IMG/VR virus record: IMGVR_UViG_3300031786_000572
Location: 23,621 to 87,620 of that record
Source: a virus
Taxonomy: Duplodnaviria; Caudoviricetes
Reading direction: 5' to 3' (one strand)
Length of the DNA: 64,000 bases
The notes under the pieces are model-generated. The model had not been told where the DNA came from. It did not search any database and saw only the letters and a program-made list of their open reading frames with translations. The number at the start of each line of letters is the position of its first letter. Position 1 is the first letter of the stretch. This document shows, one piece after another, positions 9,333 through 19,523 of this stretch. The position numbers and the translations under genes are program-made.

Positions 9333-9575
9333 ATGAAACATATACAATCGTATGAATCCTTTCTTAACGAAGGATTAGAAGTTAATACTAACAAGTATCA
9401 ATTTGCGCATGGAAAGAAACCTAATGGTAATGGGATGTGGGCATTTAAGTTATCTGGGCACCAGATAGAACAAGACGTTTGGGCTCCAAATGCAATGAAT
9501 TACAACGATGCTGTGAAATGGGCAAAAGAAGAAGCTAAAAAAATCGGAGCAACTCGTATTGATGTGCTTTCATAA
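9333..9575 (+). CDS. Small protein with N-terminal capsid-targeting-like tag (MKHIQSYESFLNEG)
   Basis: The tag is shared with the 57-64 kb gene array. Confidence 0.7.
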   Translation: MKHIQSYESFLNEGLEVNTNKYQFAHGKKPNGNGMWAFKLSGHQIEQDVWAPNAMNYNDAVKWAKEEAKKIGATRIDVLS

Positions 9576-9581
9576 AACAGT

Positions 9582-10313
9582 ATGACAAGAGGAGAACTTA
9601 TAGAAATGGTAACCGGTGAAATCACAGCAAGTGGTTCACTTCCTTATTCTATTCCTGAGCGTGAAGCAAATCGTATCATTGACCAAGCACTTAATTGGTT
9701 TTATGTTAATTATGGTCCTGCTGTAGAAACTCAATATTATGTGATAGGAAAAGATTGGTTTAAACAGCCTGAATTTAAAAAGACAAGAAGTGTTTTATTA
9801 CCTGACTGTGTTGTTACAGTTTTTGAGGTAAAAGAAATAACAGGTGGTGGGCGTCTTGGTACTGTTGACCGTGATTTTGCTGATAACCGACTTATTGCTT
9901 CAGAATTATTTTTATCACCATTTCAATCTGATGACCTTGTTCTTAGAACTGCACAATATTCTTATTGGGATTTAACAAAAGCATTTATTCTTGAAAGAAT
10001 TGGGTTTGACTATAATCGTAATACTCATCGTTTAAAAATTGTAGGGCGTGATCCTAAAAGAAATGTTTTCTTGCAAACATATGCAAAGATTGAAGAAAGT
10101 AAACTATATGATGATTGGTTCTTCCAAAGATACATAATTGCACAAGCAAAAATATCTTTAGGTAGAATACTTGGAACATTTAAGTTTAATCTTCCAGGTG
10201 GTATTGAAGTTGATGCAAGTGGAATTAAAGATGAAGGTAATGAAGAGCTTAAAGAAATTAAACAAAGAATAGATGATGAAAACAGTCCAGACTGGTTCTT
10301 CTTATTCCACTAA
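9582..10313 (+). CDS. Neck/head-completion protein, T4 gp13-like
   Basis: 'RIIDQALNWF' and 'YIIAQAKISLGRILGTFKFNLPGGIEVDASGIKDEGNEELKEI' parallel the gp13 C-terminal LPGG motif. Confidence 0.75.
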   Translation: MTRGELIEMVTGEITASGSLPYSIPEREANRIIDQALNWFYVNYGPAVETQYYVIGKDWFKQPEFKKTRSVLLPDCVVTVFEVKEITGGGRLGTVDRDFADNRLIASELFLSPFQSDDLVLRTAQYSYWDLTKAFILERIGFDYNRNTHRLKIVGRDPKRNVFLQTYAKIEESKLYDDWFFQRYIIAQAKISLGRILGTFKFNLPGGIEVDASGIKDEGNEELKEIKQRIDDENSPDWFFLFH

Positions 10314-10327
10314 TATTAAGATGTCTA

Positions 10328-10690
10328 ATGTTAAGAGAGATATACTGTAGAAATGTTAATGATCCAAGTTATAAACCTTTTCAATTAGAAACTGGTAGCG
10401 AGTTAGAAGCTCTTCTAACTAAAATTCGTATGATCATTTTTACACAAAAAGGTGAAGTTCTTGGTTCTCCTAATTTAGGATTAAGTCTTGAAGAATATTT
10501 ATTTGATTTTAATGTCAATACTGCACAATTACAAAATACATTTTATGGTCAACTTGCTGCTTTTGTTCCTGAGGCTGGAAAATACAATGTAGAAATCGAT
10601 GTAAAGTTTCAACCTGGCGAAGTGAGGGATTTATGTTTCATTGATATATACATAGATGGATCCAAATTCATTGGTGTCCTCGCAAAATAA
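10328..10690 (+). CDS. Baseplate wedge/sheath-initiator, T4 gp25-like
   Basis: 'IRMIIFTQKGEVLGSPNLGLSLEEYLFD' is the gp25/GPW pattern, and the gene precedes a gp6-like gene. Confidence 0.8.
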   Translation: MLREIYCRNVNDPSYKPFQLETGSELEALLTKIRMIIFTQKGEVLGSPNLGLSLEEYLFDFNVNTAQLQNTFYGQLAAFVPEAGKYNVEIDVKFQPGEVRDLCFIDIYIDGSKFIGVLAK

Positions 10691-10700
10691 GCAGAGATAA

Positions 10701-12392
10701 ATGGAAATATTTAAAGTCAATAGGATATCCTTTAGTCAGATGTATTCTGATGTTAGGGAGTATCTTACAAGTACATTTCAACAATCGGCTGAAGTATTCA
10801 GCCCAGCAAGTGCGTACGGTCAAATACTGTCCGTAGTTCTTGACATGGGTAAGCTTATTTTATACTATATTGAGGACAGTATTACTGAACTTAATATTTA
10901 TACCGCCACACGCGACATTTCTATTAAAAGTTTAGCCAGAATTGCTGGTCACAACCCTACTCGTGCTATCTCAGCAAACGGTACTCTTATTTTATCTTAT
11001 AGCGGAGAACAAATTGATATGTATGGTAATACTGTAATCATACCAAATTACACAAGAATGGTTAATGATGCTACGGGATTACCTTATCTTATAGTTTTAA
11101 ACACAGAAGAAACTCGTCTTGAACTTGTTGCTAAAAAATCTATTGAAGTTAAACTATTCCAAGGTGAAGTTGAGTCTCAACAAGTAACTGGAACTGGGTT
11201 ACCTCTTCAATCATATTCTGTTAATCCTAAAAGAGGTTATCAAGTTGACAATGGATTTGTTAACGTTTATGTGAATAATGAAAAATGGAAAGTTTATGAT
11301 TCTATTTATGATATTCCGTATGAAGCAAAAGGTGTAGTTGTTAAGACAGGTATTAACGGTGGTCTTGATACTTACTTTGGTAATTCATACTTTGGAAGTA
11401 TTCCTGCATTAGGTTCTACTATTAGAATTGAGTATTTAACCAATGCTGGTAATGCTGGTAACATTTTTGACAATAGCCAACCAAAGTTTTCATTTGCTGA
11501 TGATGGATTTGATTTAGCAGGTGATACGGTAGATCTTAATACTGCCTTAAATGTAAGAGTTGGCCTACCTATTAACTTTGGTGCTGACAGCGAACCTGTT
11601 TATTTAACTCGTATACTTGCTCCTAAAACGAGTCGTGCGTATGTCTTAGCAAATGCGGATAATTATGTTTACTTCTTAGAGAAGTTTAATATGTTTAGTG
11701 TAATTGATGCATTTAGTTCTTTCAATGATAACGATCTTACTGATGATAATGTAGTTTACCTATTCCTTATACCTGATGTAAATAAACGTAAACCGTCAAA
11801 TGCAGATTATTTTAACATACCTCTTAATTTATTCTTATTATCAACAGAAGAGAAGAATAAGATATATGATCTTATAGAACAAAGCGGTCAAAAAATTCTA
11901 ACAACAGTTGTTAAGATTGTTGATCCTATTGTTAAAAAATATGTAGTAAACATTAGTGTTCGTTCTTTTGAAGGATACAGCAAAGACGTTATTCGTCAAT
12001 CTATAGTCTCAAAATGTTCGGATTATTTTTTAAAGAATCGTCGTAGAGACAAGATTCCAAAATCTGATTTGGTTTCTATTATTGAAAGTGTAGCTGGTGT
12101 TGACTCAGTTAACGTTTGGTTTGTATGTGAAGAAAATGAAGTTTTCAAATCTGATCCTGCAAATGCTGAGGCTGCACCTAAAGGTCTTGATGAATATGGA
12201 GATGTACTTATTGGCCGTGGTGAATATGCTCTTATTCGTGGAGGTTGGAATGATCGTACAGGTTTTACATATTATGATTCAACAGATGCTTCTAAACCTG
12301 GAAGTATAAACGTGGTATTTGGTAAAGATTCAGAAAACACATTAAACATGGAACTTCACCGAATTAACATTGATGCAATAAAAAATACGTAA
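10701..12392 (+). CDS. Baseplate wedge subunit, T4 gp6-like
   Basis: 'SIKSLARIAGHNPTRAISA', 'VYVNNEKW', 'YFGNSYFGSIPALGSTIRIEYL' and 'RAYVLANADNY' are baseplate J/gp6 family features. Confidence 0.8.
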   Translation: MEIFKVNRISFSQMYSDVREYLTSTFQQSAEVFSPASAYGQILSVVLDMGKLILYYIEDSITELNIYTATRDISIKSLARIAGHNPTRAISANGTLILSYSGEQIDMYGNTVIIPNYTRMVNDATGLPYLIVLNTEETRLELVAKKSIEVKLFQGEVESQQVTGTGLPLQSYSVNPKRGYQVDNGFVNVYVNNEKWKVYDSIYDIPYEAKGVVVKTGINGGLDTYFGNSYFGSIPALGSTIRIEYLTNAGNAGNIFDNSQPKFSFADDGFDLAGDTVDLNTALNVRVGLPINFGADSEPVYLTRILAPKTSRAYVLANADNYVYFLEKFNMFSVIDAFSSFNDNDLTDDNVVYLFLIPDVNKRKPSNADYFNIPLNLFLLSTEEKNKIYDLIEQSGQKILTTVVKIVDPIVKKYVVNISVRSFEGYSKDVIRQSIVSKCSDYFLKNRRRDKIPKSDLVSIIESVAGVDSVNVWFVCEENEVFKSDPANAEAAPKGLDEYGDVLIGRGEYALIRGGWNDRTGFTYYDSTDASKPGSINVVFGKDSENTLNMELHRINIDAIKNT

Positions 12393-12393
12393 G

Positions 12394-12663
12394 ATGGCAG
12401 AACCAAGAGAAGGTAAGTATTTAACTCGAGAGAGCTATTACCAATATATGATACATATTCAAGATGATTTAAAAAATACTGGGTATGACTGGAGAAATAA
12501 CTTGTTTAGAAAGTCTTTTTCTACTTATTTATTATCAGATCCTAAAAGAGAAGGAATCTTAATCGAACTTCAAAAAATGATGGTTTATATGATTGACCGA
12601 GTAAGCATGATTAAAAAAGCTATGAATTACACGGTTGATAAAAACTACAAATATCTTAACTAA
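12394..12663 (+). CDS. Hypothetical protein (baseplate operon)
   Basis: 89-aa ORF tightly packed between gp6-like and the giant wedge-like gene (TAATG overlap). Confidence 0.6.
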   Translation: MAEPREGKYLTRESYYQYMIHIQDDLKNTGYDWRNNLFRKSFSTYLLSDPKREGILIELQKMMVYMIDRVSMIKKAMNYTVDKNYKYLN

Positions 12664-15600
12664 TGTTATTAAACAGACAATTTAAAGTTTTTAACAAAAG
12701 CGGAAATAACATTAACTCTACGGAGATTTTACCTATTACCGCAACTGTTATAGATCCTACTGGTGCAGGCCAAGGTGGTGAAATCCGTGTGTACACTGAT
12801 TACGCTGGAACTATGCAGTATGTACAGATTGTCAATCCAGGTATAAATTATAGTTCAGATACTTATGTAAATTTTGAAACTCGCCCTATCATTAATAAAC
12901 GATGGGACAGTGATTCAGCTTGTTTAGGATTAAGTGTGCTGGGAGAAATTACTTCTTTTAATTTTGCCGGAGATCCAACTTCAGTGTATAATACATTAGG
13001 CTGGCCGATTGTTGCTAATACAATTAGCAATTCATGTTATCTCCCACCTGTTTCTGCAGGATTAATTGAATCTGAAAATATTTTCATAATTGAAAAAATC
13101 TTGGATTCAAATGGAAACACTTCATATGTTTTACCAAGAATTGATCTTTACACACAACCTGTGCAAAGTGTTGTGACTAATGGATCTTCTGCTACATTAG
13201 AAGTTGAAAACTATCAATCTACAGGTATAGTAAACGCTGTAAACTCTTTTGTTATTACAGGAATTAGTCCTGCGGTAATTAGTCAGTTATCTACTAATAT
13301 GACCGTGTTAGGTAATGGAATATTATCTAACACACTTATATTAGAAATTAATGTAATACTTGGAGAAATTACTTTAAGTAGACCTTCTACAAGTATAGGC
13401 ATAACAAATACATATGATTTTTATATTCCACATAACTTAAAAGTAGGTTCTCCTATTAATGTGTATGGTGGTCCATTGGCTGGATCTTATACAGTTACAC
13501 AAGTTCTTCCGTATAAATTTTCATTTGACACACTTATATCAACAACAGTTGTGCCAATTTCATATGCAGCTATTCCACAGTTTGAGGCAAGAATAAGAAC
13601 AGGAACAGATCCTGAATGGTTTTTATATGAAGTAGAATACGGGGTAGATTATCCAACGATTAAGAAATCGCAAACTATTATATTTACGTTAGATTCATCT
13701 GACCCATATTCATTACCCGATGCTATTATTCAACAGTCTAATAATCTAGGACCTAACGGTGAAATTATTCGCCAGGTGTTTGAACCTAATTTACTTAAAG
13801 CGCCTTTACAAATTAATTTTGGTTTACAAGCTGATGTTGAGGGTGTTTATGCAGGACAACTTGAAATTGTTGATGTAACGTATGTAAATAAAGAAACTAT
13901 TCTATTTTCATTAAACATTGAAGGTGAAATAGTTGCTGAGGATGAACGTCTAGGTTCTATGCTTGAAAACTTAGGACGTGATATTACAACAGACCAAGAA
14001 CTTATACTTAGAGATTCTGATGTTAATGAAGATAATCCTGACTACATTTTACTTAACGAAAAACGAAAAGAGATGCTTCTCCAAGGAGACCAGATCTGGC
14101 CGTATGTTGGTGCATATAAAGGTTTAGTCAATATTATAAATTGGTTTGGTTATTATGATATAAGAATTAAAGAATACTGGCTAAACGTAAATGTTGATGA
14201 TGCTTATTATAATAAGTACAGACAAGTTCCTATTGCGTTTCAACTTAAAGATAAAACTGCAAGTGGAGAACAAATTGGTTTACTACCAAGTAAACACTAT
14301 AAGAAATCAAATCTATTTGGACTTTTTTATGATATCGTAAGAGACTCTGCTCAAGTTGATGAGTACGGTATTCCTGTAACAGAAGATGCTTTTGCATATA
14401 CTAATGAAGAAGTCTTAATCAAGTTATTTGCACTTAAAGGATATCTTAAACAAAAATTCCTTCCACTAAATACAAGAATTGTTGATATTACTGGTGAAGG
14501 TGTTTATTATGAAAGATATGCAGTTAATACTTGGAATGATAGAACTGATAGACATTTAATTAATGCAGGTAAACGATTAAACTTTACAAATACACAAAGA
14601 TCTCAAATTGTAGATCTTAGACCTTATAATGCAAACGGCGGACTGTTAACTCCTGAAGTTACAGATTCATTATCTATTTATGCTGATTCATACGACATTA
14701 GTGATGTTATCATTACTTACGGTGGAAGTGGATTTTTTGGGGAAATTCCTTTAATAACTTTCCCAGGTTCTGCTTTACAACAAGCAAGAGGTGAATGTAA
14801 AGTTCGTGCTGAGGCTGCACCCTTTCCTATTCCTATAACCGGTGCAATCCCAGGTATAAATTTTCAAGTTGGTGATATCATAACTCTTAAAGGAGGTACT
14901 TATGATGTACCTATAAGACTTGAAGTTGCTGGTGTTAATTTAGGAGGTGGTGTTACTGACTATGTTATAAATGCTGGTCCTCAACAAGGAAGCAACTACC
15001 GTTCATTGCCTACAACGTTTGCACAGTCAACTGTTTTACGCCCGGTTGGAAATCAATATGAAATTCCATTAGGAGCTATTGGATTTACTATAGATGCATC
15101 ACAAATTTCATTTGAAGTTGAAGAAGTTACTTTATATGATAAAGGATTGAGTTACGGCGTTTATCCTACTATTCAGTTTTTATGGAACTCTCCTTTAGGC
15201 GTTTCTCCAACAGGAACCTTAGTATTAACGAAAAAGACTTCTTCACCTGTAAGCTATTTTAGTGATAGTGAAAGTGTTAAGAAATACAGTGATTCTGCCA
15301 ACATTCCAATTGGTGCAATCGTTGACTTAAATACCTCTTTTGATGTAACTTGGGACGAATTGCCGTTTCCTTGGTTAACTTTCACTGGAAGTAATAATGC
15401 AACATTAAAAGCATACGGAACTTTATTACCGAGTGGTGGTGGAAATATTACTGCGGTAGAAATTATTAATCCTGGAAGTGGTTATAATTATGCGCCAGTG
15501 ATTAAAGTTGCTGGTGGTGGAGGCTATGGAGCAACGTTTTCATCACAAATAAGAGATGGCAAACTAAACATTGTAGAATATACTGTATCTAATGTTGGTA

Positions 15601-18600
15601 CATGGGGCGGTGGTAATGATCTACTTACGTTATCTCCAAGTATTCCTGTCGGTGGATTATCTGCTATCAGTATTGGTAGAATTGTTAAAGGTTTAGGATT
15701 ACCTGAAGGTACTGTAATTGGAAACATTATAGGTAATGACATCTATTTAGAAAAATATGATGCAAGCGTAATCTTTTCAACAATACAAGTTGGTGCAAAA
15801 ATATATGTTCATCAAGGCGTTGGAGTAACTTTTGGCGGATTTGGATATACGTCTGAACCTTTAGTTTACACAAGCGGTGGTCATACAACTGTTATGTATA
15901 CTTGGGATGAATTAGGTAGAGCTGACTTTTATCAAATGGAATGGAAAGCTACATTAACAAGTCCTACTGACCCTACACGAGTTTTTCAATATAGATCTGG
16001 AGTAAATACCATTGACGAATTAATTCGTCATACTGTGATTTTACCTTACACTGGAAAATACACAATAGAACTTGATGTATATGACACAACAAATAGTAAG
16101 TCAAATAACATAAAACGTGATGCTGTTGAAGTATATGTTCCAGAAGCTGATTTTGCTTTCATCAGTAAAAACGTTGATGATTCCAAAGATACTTGGGATG
16201 AATTTGCACAAATACAAGCACAAGGTCTTAATCCTTCATTAGCACAAATACAAGCTAACGTACCTATTGATGCGCCTAATCCAATTAGATATGATTGGGA
16301 CAATGCAAATAGCAGTTGGGTTAACATAACGTTTAATCCTACACGTTGGATGGATTGCGATGTTAACTGGGATACCCTAGTTGTGACTGATTTATCGGAT
16401 GTTAATAATCCATCGTTCCCGCCATGTAATGAAATCGAGGTCCTTCAAATATCCTCTCGAGATCTTGCAGAAGGTGTTGTGTTAAGCTATTCTGATAATG
16501 CATCTGCATTTCCTTCAGTTAATCCTACGATTGTAGTTGCAGGTCAAATAATTAGACAACCGTTAGATCCTTCATATGATCCAACTGATTGGATTTATAT
16601 TCGCAGAGACGGAGTCATATATCAGTTAGAAGTTATATCCGCAGATTATTCTGTTCCAGGACAAACTTCTATTGAACTTGCTGTTAAACCTCCTCAAGCA
16701 TTTATTGCAAGTCCTAGTACATGGGAAGTTCTTAGAGAAATAGAAGGAACAGTTGCGGTAAAAGGAAATCAAATTTATGATGAAACTACTAATCCAAATG
16801 GATTTAAAACTGGTGAATATCTTGTACTAACAAAAGAGGGGTCAACTCCTATTTCTAGTAGAAATGTTATTCGTAGTAAAGATCCTGATGATATTTTTGA
16901 AATTGCCGGTGCTGCAGGTAGTACTATTCTTAATAAGAAAGGCGCTTATGGTAGAATTTATAAAGTAAGAGATAATAATTACTTAAACGGAAATCTTAAT
17001 TGGTCAAATAATGTAACTGCGGTAGATCCACTTGGATTTACATTTACAGGATTTGGTGCGCCAGGACCTGCATCTTTTATTAATGTGCCTCAAACTTCTG
17101 CATCAGGTGGAGGTGTAAACTCTATGTGGAACATTGACATAGATGTATTAGGCAATTATACAATTACATTAGCAAATGGCGGCAGCGGGTTTTCTATTGC
17201 TGAAACCGTATTTATTGATGCAACAGCTATCGGTGGAGTTCCAGGGTTTAATGATATTACAATAACTGTAAATAACACAGTTTCTGAGTCTGCTTGGATG
17301 TACATAAATACAACTCCTAATGATCCAGAAAAAAGTGATCATATTGGTCAATTAGTTTTTAACACTAAGCAGTTAACTTGTAATCCTATAGATGAAATTC
17401 GTCCCGGGTTTACAAGAATGCGTTTATACGTATATGACGGTGTACAAGAAATTTATACACAAGTGTTTAGAACTAAACATGCTTACTTAAATACAAGTAG
17501 TACTACATCTATATTCCAAATGTGGAATGCTGAATATTATACGATTGATGTGATAGGTTTAAATGGAGGTGAATTAAATGAACTGAATACTCAGCTTAAT
17601 ACATTCTATAATAATGGAAATTCTATTTATTTAGAATATGAATATGATGACTTTACAACTCGTCAACGCTGGGCGCAAGATTTTAATACAGATTTAACTA
17701 TTATACCTGACTATAATTCATTTCCTCCTGCTGGTGCATTTTCTAATGCAACTAACTTTGGTCCTGCTTATGAAGTTGATAATCGTAATTGGTTTTATGA
17801 TCATGGGATAGTTGGAAATAGTTATTCTATGAAAATACTTAACACAGGTACTTGGAAAGGTGGAGTAGGCACTTTATTAACTCTTGATGATAATAATCTT
17901 GAGCTGTATAGAAGTGATACATATTTCCATGCTTGCCAACAAAGGTTTGATGAAGATTACGCCGAAAGACATTTAGGTACTCGAGTTCAAACATGGGAAA
18001 ACTATGAAGAGCTTACTTGGGATACTTTTAGTGGAAATACGTTTGACACGCTTGATTATGTAGATAATTTATGGTGCGGATATGTTATTGATACAGTTGA
18101 CACAAATGGAGGTATAAAGTTTAATGAATTACCTACATTTAATTTTGTAGGTATAGTTGGAGGAATGAGTGATTCAGAAAAATTTGCACAAGCACTTTGG
18201 GAACTTAATAATTCTGATAATCCTGGAATTAGTAAATTTAACTATGGGTTATATAGTGCAACAAATAATTCTTTATTGTACATTGATGCAAACTATGTTA
18301 ATGATAACTATTTTACTGCGCTAACCGGCGGATTTCAATATATAGGAAAAACTAAGATAAACACATATCTTGTGCCTGATGGTGTTTTTTATGAAAACAG
18401 TGTAACAATTACAAATGGAGATGTTTTATATTCTCCTCTTGTTGAACCTGCATCAAAAGTTACTTCAATAGCACCAGCATTTTCAATAGATCCGCTATTA
18501 ACAAACTATAATGTTACTTATCTAAATAAGAATATTCCTAAGAAAGGTTCTTTTGTTGCAAATGGTGTTTCTGGGAGCTACCGTTTAAAAAATATACAAG

Positions 18601-19523
18601 GATTACATGAAGGTGTAATCAGAGTAGGTGAAGTAGTGTCTGGTGTTAACTTACCTGTTGCTCCAGCAATACCTGCTACAGTTTTAGAAATCTTTGCAAT
18701 TAACGGAATGGTTCGTGAAATTGTTCTTAGTCAACCATTAAGTGGAAATGTAACAAATGGAAGTTATGTAATTGAGCAAATAACACTTCCTAATGCAACA
18801 ATTACAATACCGTTTTTATCTAACGGATTAACACAAAATGATATTCAGATATTTGCGTTTGCAACAAATCCAAGTGTAGATAACTTAGGTTATTTAGTAG
18901 GAACTAATGGAGTTACATTCTTACCTCCACAAAATCCTAGCGCCACTATTAACACATCAATAGCACATACATATCCAATGAATAATTTTTATCAATGGTT
19001 TGGGTTTGGTGATAATAAAGTAGGATCATTTGAATATGGATTACAACAGTTCTTAACCAAGTATCGTTATGCTCAAACTTATATAAATTTAGGTACAGCT
19101 CCTTGGGGTGTTCCAGGTTGGTACCCTGCGGATAATTTACCTTACAAGTATTCTTATACTAATGATCCAATATTTAGCAATTATCTAGAAGCAAAATCAC
19201 AATCTGAAAGATTGCCGTATGCAAGAGCTATTGGTGGATCGTATACGTGGGATGAAACAAGAATTGGTAAATATGTAACCAAAATTCCGTCTGGTAGTTC
19301 TGTAATGTTATCAGCAGAAGCAAGTGATATGGTTGGTAAGACAGGATATCTTTGGAAATTAAAAGACGGAAATATTACCCTTGCTGAAACTATTGATAGC
19401 CGTATGTTATGGACATTTGATTACACAGGCGCTTTTGATGTTGAACTAACTATCACAGATACAAATGGTAATCAAAAAACACAATCTAAAAAGTCATTCT
19501 TAAACGTATATGAAGCAAGATAA
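12663..19523 (+). CDS. Giant baseplate wedge-like structural protein (gp7-like position) with GSGY-type repeats and PKD-like domains
   Basis: 2286-aa ORF after gp6. 'VEIINPGSGYNYAPVIKVAGGGGYGATF' repeats are typical of T4-like baseplate proteins. PKD-like 'YTGKYTIELDVYD' and C-terminal 'FDYTGAFDVELTITDTNGN' are present. Confidence 0.6.
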   Translation: MLLNRQFKVFNKSGNNINSTEILPITATVIDPTGAGQGGEIRVYTDYAGTMQYVQIVNPGINYSSDTYVNFETRPIINKRWDSDSACLGLSVLGEITSFNFAGDPTSVYNTLGWPIVANTISNSCYLPPVSAGLIESENIFIIEKILDSNGNTSYVLPRIDLYTQPVQSVVTNGSSATLEVENYQSTGIVNAVNSFVITGISPAVISQLSTNMTVLGNGILSNTLILEINVILGEITLSRPSTSIGITNTYDFYIPHNLKVGSPINVYGGPLAGSYTVTQVLPYKFSFDTLISTTVVPISYAAIPQFEARIRTGTDPEWFLYEVEYGVDYPTIKKSQTIIFTLDSSDPYSLPDAIIQQSNNLGPNGEIIRQVFEPNLLKAPLQINFGLQADVEGVYAGQLEIVDVTYVNKETILFSLNIEGEIVAEDERLGSMLENLGRDITTDQELILRDSDVNEDNPDYILLNEKRKEMLLQGDQIWPYVGAYKGLVNIINWFGYYDIRIKEYWLNVNVDDAYYNKYRQVPIAFQLKDKTASGEQIGLLPSKHYKKSNLFGLFYDIVRDSAQVDEYGIPVTEDAFAYTNEEVLIKLFALKGYLKQKFLPLNTRIVDITGEGVYYERYAVNTWNDRTDRHLINAGKRLNFTNTQRSQIVDLRPYNANGGLLTPEVTDSLSIYADSYDISDVIITYGGSGFFGEIPLITFPGSALQQARGECKVRAEAAPFPIPITGAIPGINFQVGDIITLKGGTYDVPIRLEVAGVNLGGGVTDYVINAGPQQGSNYRSLPTTFAQSTVLRPVGNQYEIPLGAIGFTIDASQISFEVEEVTLYDKGLSYGVYPTIQFLWNSPLGVSPTGTLVLTKKTSSPVSYFSDSESVKKYSDSANIPIGAIVDLNTSFDVTWDELPFPWLTFTGSNNATLKAYGTLLPSGGGNITAVEIINPGSGYNYAPVIKVAGGGGYGATFSSQIRDGKLNIVEYTVSNVGTWGGGNDLLTLSPSIPVGGLSAISIGRIVKGLGLPEGTVIGNIIGNDIYLEKYDASVIFSTIQVGAKIYVHQGVGVTFGGFGYTSEPLVYTSGGHTTVMYTWDELGRADFYQMEWKATLTSPTDPTRVFQYRSGVNTIDELIRHTVILPYTGKYTIELDVYDTTNSKSNNIKRDAVEVYVPEADFAFISKNVDDSKDTWDEFAQIQAQGLNPSLAQIQANVPIDAPNPIRYDWDNANSSWVNITFNPTRWMDCDVNWDTLVVTDLSDVNNPSFPPCNEIEVLQISSRDLAEGVVLSYSDNASAFPSVNPTIVVAGQIIRQPLDPSYDPTDWIYIRRDGVIYQLEVISADYSVPGQTSIELAVKPPQAFIASPSTWEVLREIEGTVAVKGNQIYDETTNPNGFKTGEYLVLTKEGSTPISSRNVIRSKDPDDIFEIAGAAGSTILNKKGAYGRIYKVRDNNYLNGNLNWSNNVTAVDPLGFTFTGFGAPGPASFINVPQTSASGGGVNSMWNIDIDVLGNYTITLANGGSGFSIAETVFIDATAIGGVPGFNDITITVNNTVSESAWMYINTTPNDPEKSDHIGQLVFNTKQLTCNPIDEIRPGFTRMRLYVYDGVQEIYTQVFRTKHAYLNTSSTTSIFQMWNAEYYTIDVIGLNGGELNELNTQLNTFYNNGNSIYLEYEYDDFTTRQRWAQDFNTDLTIIPDYNSFPPAGAFSNATNFGPAYEVDNRNWFYDHGIVGNSYSMKILNTGTWKGGVGTLLTLDDNNLELYRSDTYFHACQQRFDEDYAERHLGTRVQTWENYEELTWDTFSGNTFDTLDYVDNLWCGYVIDTVDTNGGIKFNELPTFNFVGIVGGMSDSEKFAQALWELNNSDNPGISKFNYGLYSATNNSLLYIDANYVNDNYFTALTGGFQYIGKTKINTYLVPDGVFYENSVTITNGDVLYSPLVEPASKVTSIAPAFSIDPLLTNYNVTYLNKNIPKKGSFVANGVSGSYRLKNIQGLHEGVIRVGEVVSGVNLPVAPAIPATVLEIFAINGMVREIVLSQPLSGNVTNGSYVIEQITLPNATITIPFLSNGLTQNDIQIFAFATNPSVDNLGYLVGTNGVTFLPPQNPSATINTSIAHTYPMNNFYQWFGFGDNKVGSFEYGLQQFLTKYRYAQTYINLGTAPWGVPGWYPADNLPYKYSYTNDPIFSNYLEAKSQSERLPYARAIGGSYTWDETRIGKYVTKIPSGSSVMLSAEASDMVGKTGYLWKLKDGNITLAETIDSRMLWTFDYTGAFDVELTITDTNGNQKTQSKKSFLNVYEAR